Notes under the pieces: model-generated
Databases searched by the model: none
What the model was told of the DNA's origin: nothing
The model's input: the letters and a program-made list of their open reading frames with translations, nothing else
Shown: piece by piece, positions 31,779-42,152 of the stretch
Position numbering within the stretch: the stretch's first letter is position 1
Layout: every line of letters begins with the position of its first letter
Assembly: GCA_964566225.1 (NCBI GenBank)
Contig: CAZMHV010000001.1
Coordinates: forward strand, 242,651-306,650
Source of the DNA: an uncultured Gammaproteobacteria bacterium
GTDB lineage: Bacteria; Patescibacteriota; Patescibacteriia; Magasanikbacterales; UBA922
Length of the DNA: 64,000 bases
Direction: 5' to 3'
Made by a program: the position numbers and the translations under genes

Positions 31779-33128
31779 TTATACCTCAACTGTTTCATGC
31801 GCCTCGGGCACAAACGCCTGCACGCCAAATTCATCTCGAATTTTGTGTGCAAATGTGGTAGCCGCCGAGGGTTCCCCGTGAACACAGTACACTTTTGAAG
31901 GACGATGTTTGGAATTACGAATCCACTGAAGGAGTTTCAACTGATCGGCATGTGCTGAGAGCGCACCAATGGCTTTGATTTTACAGTGCACAGGTACATG
32001 TTCACCTAAAATTTCTACATTTTCTGCTCCTTCATACAAATGTCTCCCCAGTGTCCCCTGCGCTTGATACCCCACAATAATCAAAGTAGATGCCGGGTCA
32101 GACACATAACGAAGTGCATGATGTACAATACGTCCACCATTCATCATACCAGAGCCTGCAATAACAATCTTGGGGCCTCGCACATTGTTGATAGTTTTGG
32201 ATTCTTCGCGAGTATAGGTTACGTGGAGCTGAGGAAAATCGAGAAAATCATCACCATTTTTATCATGTTTCTTAGCATCCTCATCATAATATTCTTTATA
32301 CTTTCTATATACTTCCGTCGCATCAATAGCAAGTGGACTGTCGAGATAAATAGGAATATTGGGGAGGGTATGATCATGCTCACTCATTTCGTGGAGTTTA
32401 TAAATTAACTCTTGAGTACGTTCGAGTGAAAAAGCCGGAATCATAATAGTGCCCCCACGAGCTGCACCTTCTTGAATAAGTGAAAGCAAAATTTGGTCGC
32501 GCTGTGCTGCTGACTCGTGAATTCTGTCTCCATACGTAGATTCACACAGAAGCACATCAATGCCAGGCAAATCTTCGGTATCTTGAATAATCGGTGCATC
32601 AACATTGCCCACATCCCCCGAAAACACCACTCTTTTCCCTTCGGCAAGAAGTTCAATAAATGCAGAACCAAAAATATGTCCTGCATCATGAAACCGAATC
32701 ACTATATCGCCCACACGAATTTCTTCACGATAATCAACACCTTCACAGAGCATAGAGGCCTCAGCAATATCTTGCGGAGTAAAAAGAAGTGGTGACTGAT
32801 ATTTTTTATTGTTGTATTCCATTATTTGGTAGGCATCGTCCCAAATAAGGCGAGCAAGTTCTACCGTGGCCTTGGTCATATAAATTTTTCCGCCAAAACC
32901 ATCTTTGACCAGTTTAGGAATTCTCCCTACGTGGTCAAGGTGGGCATGACTCACAATCACTGCTGAGATTTTTTTGGGATCAAATGGAAAGTTATCATGA
33001 TTTTTTCCTTCGTTAAAGTCACTCCCCTGAAACATTCCACAGTCAAGCAGAATTTTGGTTTTGGCAGTTTCAATAAGGTGACAAGAACCAGTAACTTCGT
33101 GTGCCGCTCCGTGAAAAGTTATTTTCAT
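31779..33128 (-). CDS. MBL-fold beta-CASP ribonuclease
   Basis: SHAHLDHVG, AGHIFGS, FSGD, ESTYGDR, SAHAD, VHGE. Confidence 0.93.
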   Translation of the reverse strand: MKITFHGAAHEVTGSCHLIETAKTKILLDCGMFQGSDFNEGKNHDNFPFDPKKISAVIVSHAHLDHVGRIPKLVKDGFGGKIYMTKATVELARLIWDDAYQIMEYNNKKYQSPLLFTPQDIAEASMLCEGVDYREEIRVGDIVIRFHDAGHIFGSAFIELLAEGKRVVFSGDVGNVDAPIIQDTEDLPGIDVLLCESTYGDRIHESAAQRDQILLSLIQEGAARGGTIMIPAFSLERTQELIYKLHEMSEHDHTLPNIPIYLDSPLAIDATEVYRKYKEYYDEDAKKHDKNGDDFLDFPQLHVTYTREESKTINNVRGPKIVIAGSGMMNGGRIVHHALRYVSDPASTLIIVGYQAQGTLGRHLYEGAENVEILGEHVPVHCKIKAIGALSAHADQLKLLQWIRNSKHRPSKVYCVHGEPSAATTFAHKIRDEFGVQAFVPEAHETVEV

Positions 33129-33234
33129 AAAACCAAAAAAAAAGTTTTAGTATAAAATTATCATACCATATCTGTTCAAAATCCACTATACTTATCATCC
33201 ACTTTCTGATATACTATTTTTATCGTTAAAAACT

Positions 33235-33900
33235 ATGCTAAAACCAAAAGAAGACGTTGTTATTCAAGATCCGGCTATTGAAGAATTTGGAAAAAAACAT
33301 TCGTGTATAAAAAGAACCTGCCTTTCTGGATGTGGGTGTTTTCTTTTATTTGTAATACTTTTTGTTGTTGTAATCAACGTAGCCTCTCACCCAAGAAGCC
33401 GTTCACTCAAGGCAATTCCACCCCCTCTCAAAGTTCAGGTTCCACTGTACGATACTCAAAATGTCCAAAAAATTACAGTAATTAAAAATACAGACAATAA
33501 TCTGCTTGGTGGAGTTTTATCATTGGTCCCCAAAATGATCCTTTCACCACTCGTCGTGGTAAAACCAGAACTTTTTCTTACTCGACCGCAGCATGGTGAA
33601 GATGCTGCTCTTGAAAATTTAAAAATATTTTTCAAAAAACCTCTGAGTGAACCAAAAGAAACCTATACCCTACAGTGGAAAAATTTATCAGCAGAACTCT
33701 CTTTTATAAAAGATTATTACCAATCTGAACTGACAAAAAAACAATTTACTGTCAAAACTACTCAAACATCGACGAGTACACTCAACATTTCTTTCCAAAA
33801 ACATGGAATCAGTGGTGTCATATTGGGCGAAGATCATTCTGACAAAAAAGATGGCACTGACTTTGTTTCTGTACAGGTAAGCATACCTAAGGCCCAGTAA
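33235..33900 (+). CDS. Membrane-anchored hypothetical protein
   Basis: 221-aa ORF with CLSGCGC followed by a TM segment. Confidence 0.7.
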   Translation: MLKPKEDVVIQDPAIEEFGKKHSCIKRTCLSGCGCFLLFVILFVVVINVASHPRSRSLKAIPPPLKVQVPLYDTQNVQKITVIKNTDNNLLGGVLSLVPKMILSPLVVVKPELFLTRPQHGEDAALENLKIFFKKPLSEPKETYTLQWKNLSAELSFIKDYYQSELTKKQFTVKTTQTSTSTLNISFQKHGISGVILGEDHSDKKDGTDFVSVQVSIPKAQ

Positions 33901-33903
33901 CAC

Positions 33904-35538
33904 ATGCTCAAAAAACTTTTTTCTTCGGAGTCACAATCCATTACCGGAGCCGCTCTTTTACTTGGAGCTGCTTCTTTTTTGAGTCGTATTATTGGTGTAT
34001 TTCGTGACCGTATTTTGGCCTCTCAATTTGGTGCAAGCACTGAACTTGATATTTATACCGCAGCATTCCGTATTCCCGATTTTTTATATAATATTGTCAT
34101 AGTAGGAGCCTTGTCTGCAGGATTTATTCCTATTTTTTTGAGTATCTATCAAAAAGAAAAAAATAAAGCATGGGAATTCACCAACCGAGTCCTTACTTTT
34201 ACTTTTTTTTCTCTTTCTTTGGTTTCAATCATTGCTTTTTTTGTACTTCCATCAACAATCCAATTTTTAGTTCCAGGATTTTCGCCAGAAGCTCAAAAAC
34301 AAACACTCATGATGACGCGGATTATGCTGCTCTCACCTCTGTTTTTGGGACTCAGTGCCGTGGTTTCGAGTGTGCTTCAATCACTTCGTTCCTTTTTCGT
34401 CTATTCTCTCACGCCAATTTTTTATAACGCAGGTATTATTTTTGGAGCTCTCTTTTTGGTCCCCTCCTATGGACTAAACGGTTTAGCCTATGGAGTAGTC
34501 ATTGGAGCTTTTCTTCATTTTTGCATCCAACTTCCCGCATTATTTCATTCGGGTTTCCACTTTGCTCCCCTCTGGCACGGTCAAAAAAAAGGATCACATT
34601 TTTTTGATACACACATGAAACAACTGCTCAAACTCATGATCCCTCGTACATTAACTTTGGGTACGGTACAACTCAGTACCCTCATTACAACTTTTTTTGC
34701 TTCCACACTCGCAAGTGGGAGTATTGCAGTATTTACCTTTGCCACCAATATTGCTTCACTTCCAATTGGAATTATAGGTATTTCATTTGCTTTGGCAGCA
34801 TTTCCAACACTTTCTGAACTGGCAACCAAAAATAAAAAAGAAGAATTTGCAAATCATCTCTCAACTACTACCAAACAAATACTTTTTTTTACTTTGCCTC
34901 TCACTGTTATTTTTATTTTACTTCGTGCTCATATTGTACGTGTACTTTTGGGCACTGGCGAATTTAATTGGGATAATACACGAGACACGGCAAATACCGT
35001 AGGGATGTTTTGTATAGCACTCTTTGCACAGTGTCTTATACCACTCTACACCAGAGCATTTTATGCATTTCATGATACCAAGACGCCTTTTTTGAGAGCG
35101 AGTGTTTCTTTGGTGCTCACCGCAATCTTTAGTTTTGTACTCAAACAGTATCTTGGCGTAGCAGGATTGGCTCTCGGTATTTCACTCGCTGCTTTGATAG
35201 AACTTATGTTACTTGTTGTCAGTCTTAAAAAATTTGTATTTAAAATTGATGAAAATATCATACGATCTGCCTTTAAAATGATTTTAGCCACAATCATGAT
35301 GGGTATAACCTTGCAAATGCTCAAAGTCCCTTTGGCAAACCTTTTGGAAACAAATACCTTTATGGGTATATTTTTACAAGGACTCATTTCTGGACTCATT
35401 GGAATTTTTGTGTATATTGTTTTTTGTCTGCTTCTTAAACTTGAAGAAGCAACCCTCCTTTACCAAAGTCTTCAAAAAAAATGGTTGAGACTAAAAAACA
35501 TACCATCTCAAGCTGGGCAAATTGATGAAATTAAATAA
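33904..35538 (+). CDS. murJ: Lipid II flippase MurJ
   Basis: SRIIGVFRD..LA..FGA, AFRIPD, multiple TMs, RAFYA..DTKTP. Confidence 0.95.
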   Translation: MLKKLFSSESQSITGAALLLGAASFLSRIIGVFRDRILASQFGASTELDIYTAAFRIPDFLYNIVIVGALSAGFIPIFLSIYQKEKNKAWEFTNRVLTFTFFSLSLVSIIAFFVLPSTIQFLVPGFSPEAQKQTLMMTRIMLLSPLFLGLSAVVSSVLQSLRSFFVYSLTPIFYNAGIIFGALFLVPSYGLNGLAYGVVIGAFLHFCIQLPALFHSGFHFAPLWHGQKKGSHFFDTHMKQLLKLMIPRTLTLGTVQLSTLITTFFASTLASGSIAVFTFATNIASLPIGIIGISFALAAFPTLSELATKNKKEEFANHLSTTTKQILFFTLPLTVIFILLRAHIVRVLLGTGEFNWDNTRDTANTVGMFCIALFAQCLIPLYTRAFYAFHDTKTPFLRASVSLVLTAIFSFVLKQYLGVAGLALGISLAALIELMLLVVSLKKFVFKIDENIIRSAFKMILATIMMGITLQMLKVPLANLLETNTFMGIFLQGLISGLIGIFVYIVFCLLLKLEEATLLYQSLQKKWLRLKNIPSQAGQIDEIK

Positions 35539-35547
35539 GCTATTATC

Positions 35548-35727
35548 GTGGCTTCAAATTCTTCTTTTTTGATATTTTTATGCCTCGCCAACTCCAAGCC
35601 TCTTCTGCGCACGCTGTCTGTGCCCCGTGTCTTTCTGATGAGACTCCAACGCTCATTGACGTTAAAATGGCGGATTGGGTAGGCTCAAACAAAATAAAAA
35701 TATCAAAAAAGAAGAATTTGAAGCCAC
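35548..35727. repeat. Perfect 34-bp inverted repeat enclosing 112 bp (MITE-like or structured RNA)
   Basis: gtggcttcaaattcttcttttttgatatttttat (35548-35581) is the exact reverse complement of 35694-35727. Confidence 0.92.
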
Positions 35728-35800
35728 TCAAGGCAGCTTGCCAAATACCATAAACAATGCTAAAATAGCCCTAAGTTTCAGGACTATTTTTTTGTTTTTT

Positions 35801-37603
35801 ATGCAGAATATACGGAATTTTTGTATTATCGCCCACATTGATCATGGCAAATCGACCCTCGCCGACCGTTTTGTTGAAATTACGGGTACGGTCGACAAGC
35901 GCAAAATGAAGGATCAACTCCTTGATCAAATGGAACTGGAGCAAGAACGCGGCATCACCATTAAGCTGCAGCCCGTGCGCATGAAGTATACCTATAAAGA
36001 TGGTACTGAATACCTCATGAACCTCATTGATACTCCAGGTCATGTGGATTTTACCTATGAAGTTTCTCGATCACTCGCAGCGGTAGAAGGTGCGATTCTT
36101 TTGGTTGATGTGAGTCAGGGTGTGCAGGCACAAACCATTGGTAATTTGTATTTAGCGATTGAACAAAATCTCAAAATTATTCCGGTTCTCAATAAAGTAG
36201 ATTTACCAAATGCAGATATTGAAAAAGCCAAAGCCGAACTGATTCACCTCCTTGGTTGTGATGAAAGTGAAATTCTCATGTGCAGTGGAAAATCTGGCAT
36301 GGGTGTGCCAGAGCTGCTCGAAGCCGTCATTGAACGTGTTCCTGCCCCAACCGAGTTTTTACCAGGTGAAACTCGAGCATTGATTTTTGATTCATTCTAC
36401 GACGAATACAAAGGTGTGGTAGCCGCAGTGCGCATCACCGATGGCAGCATGCACAAAAGTGAAAAAATTCATTTTATGAAAAGTGGTGCGGAAGCAGAAA
36501 TTTTGGAAATTGGACACTATGCACCAAAACCTGTGAGTGACCTGGCGCTTGAAACTGGACAAATTGGATATATTGCCACGGGTATTAAAGAACTCCGTGA
36601 TGTACGCGTGGGTGACACCATTACTTTGTCTGCCACTCCTGCTACAGAAGAACTCCCTGGCTACCGCGAAGTTCGTCCTATGGTGTTTGCCGGAATCTTT
36701 CCCAAAGAAGGAGACGACTATAACGCACTGCGTGACGGAATTGATAAACTGAAACTCAGTGACTCAGCCCTGTACTATGAACAAGAACATTCACAAGCGC
36801 TTGGATTTGGTTTTCGTTGTGGGTTCCTCGGCATGCTGCACCTTGATATTTTTCAAGAACGTCTGCGCCGTGAATTTGACCTCGACATTGTGGCCACAGT
36901 GCCAAGTGTTGCGTACCATGTAACCAAAACCAATGGTGACTCACTCACTGTAAAAAGTCCACAAAGTTTACCAGACCCAACCTACATTGAACATGTAGAA
37001 GAACCTTGGATGACCGTGGACATTATTACACCAGATAACTACATTGGAAATGTGATGAGTTTGGTGATTGAAAAAAAGGGACGCTACCTCAACACCGAAT
37101 ACCTCAGTATGGGTAGTGGCAAACGCGCCATGCTCCACTACGAAATGCCACTCACTTCTCTTATTACTGACTTCTATGACAAACTGAAGAGTGCAACCAG
37201 TGGCTATGCATCACTCAATTATGAACTGAAACGCTACGAAGAAACCGATGTGGTGCGTCTTGATATTCTCGTTGCAGACGAACTGGTAGAAGCACTCGCC
37301 ACACTGGTATGGCGTGATGATGCACACAAAGTTGGAAAAAAGATGGTAGAGACCCTCAAAGAAACTTTGCCCCGCCAACAATTTGTGTTAAAAATTCAAG
37401 CTGCGATTGGTGGAAAAGTGGTTGCTTCCGAAAAAATTTCTGCCATGCGCAAAGATGTAACTGCCAAACTCTATGGTGGAGACGTGACCCGCAAAAACAA
37501 ACTCCTTGAAAAACAAAAGAAAGGAAAAAAGAAAATGATGGAAATGGGTAAAGGAACCGTAGATATTCCAACCGAGGCGTATTTAGCAGTACTCAAACGA
37601 TAA
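35801..37603 (+). CDS. lepA: Elongation factor 4
   Basis: IRNFCIIAHIDHGKSTLAD, DTPGHVDF, GFLGMLH, KLYGGDVTRK. Confidence 0.97.
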   Translation: MQNIRNFCIIAHIDHGKSTLADRFVEITGTVDKRKMKDQLLDQMELEQERGITIKLQPVRMKYTYKDGTEYLMNLIDTPGHVDFTYEVSRSLAAVEGAILLVDVSQGVQAQTIGNLYLAIEQNLKIIPVLNKVDLPNADIEKAKAELIHLLGCDESEILMCSGKSGMGVPELLEAVIERVPAPTEFLPGETRALIFDSFYDEYKGVVAAVRITDGSMHKSEKIHFMKSGAEAEILEIGHYAPKPVSDLALETGQIGYIATGIKELRDVRVGDTITLSATPATEELPGYREVRPMVFAGIFPKEGDDYNALRDGIDKLKLSDSALYYEQEHSQALGFGFRCGFLGMLHLDIFQERLRREFDLDIVATVPSVAYHVTKTNGDSLTVKSPQSLPDPTYIEHVEEPWMTVDIITPDNYIGNVMSLVIEKKGRYLNTEYLSMGSGKRAMLHYEMPLTSLITDFYDKLKSATSGYASLNYELKRYEETDVVRLDILVADELVEALATLVWRDDAHKVGKKMVETLKETLPRQQFVLKIQAAIGGKVVASEKISAMRKDVTAKLYGGDVTRKNKLLEKQKKGKKKMMEMGKGTVDIPTEAYLAVLKR

Positions 37604-37607
37604 CCTT

Positions 37608-39377
37608 ATGCAAAAAATTTGGAAACTCCTTGACGCTCCTCCCCAGTCTTTTTACGATGAATTCGCAGAGTTGCCACCACTCGTGGCCAACTTACTGTAC
37701 CACCGCAACATTCGTACCCAAAAAGCTATTGATGAATTTCTCTACACAGATTATGGTGAACATATCCATGATCCTTTTTTGTTTCGTGACATAAAAAAAG
37801 CTGTGGAACGACTGTTTGCCGCCATTGAAAAAAACGAAAAAATTACCATTCATGGAGATTATGATGCTGATGGTGTTTCTGCTTCCACTATTTTGTATAC
37901 CACTCTCAAAAATCTTGGAGCAACGCAACTTGATGTCTTTCTCCCCCACCGTGAACTTGATGGCTATGGCATGAACCTTAAAACCGTTGCCATGCTCAAA
38001 GAAACCGGGACCACTGTGATTATCACCTGCGACTGCGGTATTAGCAACACCGAAGAAATTACCAAAGCCGAAGAACTTGGCATGAATGTGATTATCACTG
38101 ACCACCACGCAATTCCAGCCGTGCTGCCACCCGCCACAGCCATCATCCACCCAAAGGTTGACGGTGAAACCTACCCAGACAAAGGCCTTGCCGGAGGTGG
38201 TGTGGCCTTTAAATTGGCCCAGGCGCTGCTTTTGACCCACAAAGAACATGGAAAGACACTCTTGAATGGTGACAGCCATGAAGCGGCCGAAAAATGGCTC
38301 CTCGACATGGCTGCTATTGCCAGTGTGGCAGATATGGTCCCACTTGTGGGAGAATCTCGCACGCTTACCAAATATGGTCTCATTGTGATGAACAAAACAC
38401 GTCGCATTGGCCTCCAAAAACTCTTGCTCGAAGCACGCATCATGGAACAAGACGGAAGCATGAAAAAAGAATTGACTGCTGACACCATTGGTTTTCAAAT
38501 TGCCCCACGCATCAATGCTGCAGGCAGACTCGAACATGCCAATGTTGCGTTTAAACTCATGACGACAGAAGATCCAATTGAAGCCACAGACTTAGCGTAT
38601 CAATTGGACCAAAACAACAAAGAACGACAACAGCTCACAGATGCTTTTTGCAAACAAGCCATTGAACAAGTGGAACGTGATCAAAAAAACAATCCTATTC
38701 TTTTTGTATTTGGCAGTGAGTGGACTACGGGGATTGTAGGACTCATTGCGAGCAAACTCAAAGAAAAATACCAAAAACCAAGTATTGCCATGGCACTCAA
38801 TGGTGAACTTCTTACCGGATCAGGCCGAAGTATAACTGGCTTCAACATGATTGAATCGATTCAAGAAATACCCGAACACTTTTTGAAATTTGGCGGCCAC
38901 CCCATGGCTTGTGGATTTAGTTTGAAAGACAAAGAAAAAAGAAAAGAATTTGAAGCAGCCCTGATTGCCAAATACCATGAAAAAACAAAAAACGTAGACA
39001 TGACTCCCCTCCTGTACATTGATACAGAAGTCAAACTCCAAGAAATTAACTGGGAACTTTACGACACACTTGATAAATTTAAACCCTTTGGACAAGCCAA
39101 TGAACGACCAAAATACTTAGTACGTGATGTTTCTGTCACTGGCATTGAGCAAATGGGCCAAATGAAACAACACCTCAAACTCATGATTCGCCAAAATGGT
39201 GGCAACATCAAAAAAACTGTTGGTTGGAGAATGTGTGAAGAAAATGGTGAACGCACCAACTGGGCCAAAGCACTCAAAATTGGAGACAAAATTGATATGG
39301 TGTTTGAACTCGATGTCAATGAATGGAATGGAAATCGAGAATTACAACTTACGATTGTTGATATTAAAAAAATTTAA
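37608..39377 (+). CDS. recJ: Single-stranded DNA exonuclease RecJ
   Basis: GDYDADG, DCG, TDHH, PRINAAGR, GSGRS, GGHPMACG. Confidence 0.96.
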   Translation: MQKIWKLLDAPPQSFYDEFAELPPLVANLLYHRNIRTQKAIDEFLYTDYGEHIHDPFLFRDIKKAVERLFAAIEKNEKITIHGDYDADGVSASTILYTTLKNLGATQLDVFLPHRELDGYGMNLKTVAMLKETGTTVIITCDCGISNTEEITKAEELGMNVIITDHHAIPAVLPPATAIIHPKVDGETYPDKGLAGGGVAFKLAQALLLTHKEHGKTLLNGDSHEAAEKWLLDMAAIASVADMVPLVGESRTLTKYGLIVMNKTRRIGLQKLLLEARIMEQDGSMKKELTADTIGFQIAPRINAAGRLEHANVAFKLMTTEDPIEATDLAYQLDQNNKERQQLTDAFCKQAIEQVERDQKNNPILFVFGSEWTTGIVGLIASKLKEKYQKPSIAMALNGELLTGSGRSITGFNMIESIQEIPEHFLKFGGHPMACGFSLKDKEKRKEFEAALIAKYHEKTKNVDMTPLLYIDTEVKLQEINWELYDTLDKFKPFGQANERPKYLVRDVSVTGIEQMGQMKQHLKLMIRQNGGNIKKTVGWRMCEENGERTNWAKALKIGDKIDMVFELDVNEWNGNRELQLTIVDIKKI

Positions 39378-39405
39378 AATTCTTATTTCCCCGAAACAAA
39401 CTTCT

Positions 39406-39807
39406 ATGATCCTCACCATCTTCACCGACGGCGGCTCCCGTGGCAATCCAGGCCCAGCTGCCACAGGAATTGTCATCAAAAATGAATCTGGCCAAGTGGT
39501 AGCAGCCTATGGCGAATACCTCGGCACCCAAACCAACAACTATGCAGAATACTCAGCCATAATATCTGCCCTCAAAAAAGCCAAAGAACTCGGTGCTACC
39601 GAAGTAAACTGCCTGGCCGATAGTAAACTCGTTATTGAACAGCTCAGTGGCCACTGGAAGGTGAAAGAACCCACCATTCAAAAACTGTTTCTTGAAGCTT
39701 GGAACGGACTCCACCAATTCAAAAAATATACACTCAAACATGTAATGCGTGAAAAAAATACAGAGGCAGACGCAGAAGTAAACAAAATTTTGGATGCAGC
39801 ACACTAA
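39406..39807 (+). CDS. rnhA: Ribonuclease HI
   Basis: TDGGSRGNPG, TNNYAEY, DSKLV, N..AD. Confidence 0.93.
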   Translation: MILTIFTDGGSRGNPGPAATGIVIKNESGQVVAAYGEYLGTQTNNYAEYSAIISALKKAKELGATEVNCLADSKLVIEQLSGHWKVKEPTIQKLFLEAWNGLHQFKKYTLKHVMREKNTEADAEVNKILDAAH

Positions 39808-39860
39808 AACAAAAACCCGGTCAAAAGACCGGGTTTTTTGATACCTATTGACTGTCATCA

Positions 39861-40838
39861 TTATGATGCACAGTTTGAAGTATTTGCACTTACGGTGTTG
39901 GTACCGGTACATGCACCTGCTACTCCATTTGATGGGATTTGAATCATCCACAATGTTGAACTGGTACTACTTGCAGATTCAGTAGCAACTGACATACAAA
40001 CGTTCAAGTTTGCAGCAGCGCCACTCAAAGCTGTTTTTGATCCATATGCAACACCAGTAGTAGTTGCATATTTTTGATTTGAGTTAGGGATAGTTCCAAC
40101 GGTACAAGTAAGATCAGTACCACTTACTTGAGGGTTGGTACGTACATTACCTGTGTTGCGGATGATAAGATTTACATCAGCAGCAGAGGTTGCACCAAGA
40201 GCGAGTGAGCCATAGGCAATACTTGCTCCACTTCCATTTTCACCAAGACCGATCGCGAGCAAACTGTTCATTTCTACGCCACCGGTTGTTGTTGCAAATG
40301 CACTTGCATATTTATCAGTTGCAGTTGCCGTTGCAAGCCAAGTTTGAGATGAGTACGTTCCTGAATCAGTTGGGTTTGTATAGTACTGTACAGAAGAAGT
40401 ACACAAGAATGAACCTGTTGTATCTGATCCACCTGAAGTACAGTTAAAGAAACTACAACTAATTGTTTGATAACAATTAGAGTTATTCGCACTACAGTTA
40501 GTACCACCAGAGATACCACTGCGATACAGTGTTGTAGTGATACCACCACCAACACCACTTACTTCGTCACAACCGTTGTTATCACTAAATGTACCTTTTA
40601 CAAATACATCGGTTGTTGTATTTTCGGTTAATGTAATACTGTCCTGATATGTTGCTTGACTCGATGTGGTGATATAAATACTATCAACACTTGGAGCAGC
40701 ATTGGTTACGGTTGCAGATGTATCGGATGTGTCCCCTTGACTTTTTATCGTTACAAAGATAAGTATAATCAAGAGACCAGCAATACCGAGAAGGACTGCA
40801 AATATCAGGTGTTGTCTACTGTCATTGGTTTCTGTCAT
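39861..40838 (-). CDS. Exported Ser/Thr-rich, disulfide-rich beta protein (pilin/adhesin-like)
   Basis: N-terminal TM; paralog of 41205-42122. Confidence 0.75.
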   Translation of the reverse strand: MTETNDSRQHLIFAVLLGIAGLLIILIFVTIKSQGDTSDTSATVTNAAPSVDSIYITTSSQATYQDSITLTENTTTDVFVKGTFSDNNGCDEVSGVGGGITTTLYRSGISGGTNCSANNSNCYQTISCSFFNCTSGGSDTTGSFLCTSSVQYYTNPTDSGTYSSQTWLATATATDKYASAFATTTGGVEMNSLLAIGLGENGSGASIAYGSLALGATSAADVNLIIRNTGNVRTNPQVSGTDLTCTVGTIPNSNQKYATTTGVAYGSKTALSGAAANLNVCMSVATESASSTSSTLWMIQIPSNGVAGACTGTNTVSANTSNCAS

Positions 40839-40904
40839 ACCTGCATGAGATTAAATGTATTAAATGATCTTAAAAAATAAGATTATATCATTGGCCAATG
40901 ATAT

Positions 40905-41159
40905 TTATTTTTTGATTTGAACACTGGTTTCTGCAGCGTTTTGTGGATTTGAGGCAGTTCCCTCAATTTGAACTGAAGTTTTTGCTACGTTTGACGTTAC
41001 ATTTCTTGGACCAGATTCATCTAACTGGTCTTTGAAAGGACGTCTATAATGTGCTGGTTGCATTTCTTGATTTGAGTTAGGCATTACCAAAATGATAACA
41101 CCAACAACAAAACACAAAAAGACCCAGACCACACCTGCCGACAAAAGATATTTACTCAT
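40905..41159 (-). CDS. Small membrane-anchored protein with duplicated TSVQI motif
   Basis: SD GGGGGTGA, N-terminal TM, AKTSVQIE...AETSVQIK. Confidence 0.65.
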   Translation of the reverse strand: MSKYLLSAGVVWVFLCFVVGVIILVMPNSNQEMQPAHYRRPFKDQLDESGPRNVTSNVAKTSVQIEGTASNPQNAAETSVQIKK

Positions 41160-41204
41160 GTTATCACCCCCTTTCACTAAAAATTATTTGAAACTTGATT
41201 TTAT

Positions 41205-42122
41205 TTATTGACTGACCGCAGAAATATTATTGGCCCCACGACACACGCCAGCGGCACCACTTGAAGGCATGGCGAGTTGAAAATACAAAGTGGTGGTACT
41301 TTCACGATCCTGAAACTTTGTTAGATTCAAATCCACTAATGTTGATGAGGTAGTTACTGATACCATCGAAAAATAATCTGTTCCTGTGACGGTTGAATAC
41401 CGCTGATTTTCAACTGGGATACTGCCACTTGAACACAACATATTTCCCCCATCGATAGTTATATCGATGCTTGTATTCCCTGTATTTTTTATATAGAGCA
41501 TTTGTTGTGTTGATGTTGCCAAAAATGAAAGTGTCCCATATTGGATTGTTCCTTCTAATCGAAGTGCCGTCATTGAATTTATTTCTGTAAAACTTGTATT
41601 TGAACCAGAAGTCATATCCGCATCGGTTATTTCGGTATAAGCAATCCAATTATCTGCCATATACTCACCGACATCAGTAGCATCGGTATAGTACTCGAGA
41701 GGGATAAGACACTGATAGGGAACCGTTGTTTCTGTGCCAGCAGAACAGTCTTGAATTGTGCAATCATGAGCTAAAACAGCTTTATAACAATAATGATTTT
41801 CAGCAACACAGGATGATGTGGTACTCACACTACTTCGGTACAAAGTAATCGCAATATTTCCGCCATCTCTTACATTGGCACAACCATCCTCATCAGTAAA
41901 AGTGCCATGTACATATACATTTTTTACTCCATTGTCTGTCAAGTTAATGGATGGAGTAGCAGACCCAAAACTTTCTTCTGAAATTACTACTGAGTTTACA
42001 ACTGGATTTGCAATAGCATGAATAATTGTTTTCCTAAAAATAATTCCAATCATTCCACAAATAATTATAATGCCGATACCAACGCGAATACTTTTTTTGC
42101 GAAATGATAGTTTTCTTTCCAT
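41205..42122 (-). CDS. Exported disulfide-rich beta protein (pilin/adhesin-like), paralog of 39861-40838
   Basis: Shared GTF.D..GC, TLYRS, CY, YYT..TD.G.Y, NTGN, G.IP..NQ.Y, G.AG.C.G.N..SA. Confidence 0.75.
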   Translation of the reverse strand: MERKLSFRKKSIRVGIGIIIICGMIGIIFRKTIIHAIANPVVNSVVISEESFGSATPSINLTDNGVKNVYVHGTFTDEDGCANVRDGGNIAITLYRSSVSTTSSCVAENHYCYKAVLAHDCTIQDCSAGTETTVPYQCLIPLEYYTDATDVGEYMADNWIAYTEITDADMTSGSNTSFTEINSMTALRLEGTIQYGTLSFLATSTQQMLYIKNTGNTSIDITIDGGNMLCSSGSIPVENQRYSTVTGTDYFSMVSVTTSSTLVDLNLTKFQDRESTTTLYFQLAMPSSGAAGVCRGANNISAVSQ

Positions 42123-42152
42123 AACTGTAATACACTAAATTTTTACCTATCA

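Noticed and set aside
30969-31898. Long antisense ORFs over uvrB (also over recJ, uvrA, dnaK)
   Set aside because: Shadow frames of conserved genes with no motifs of their own.
35635-35660. CTGATGAG hammerhead-like core inside the inverted-repeat element
   Set aside because: No GAAA follows the putative stem II, so the catalytic core is incomplete.
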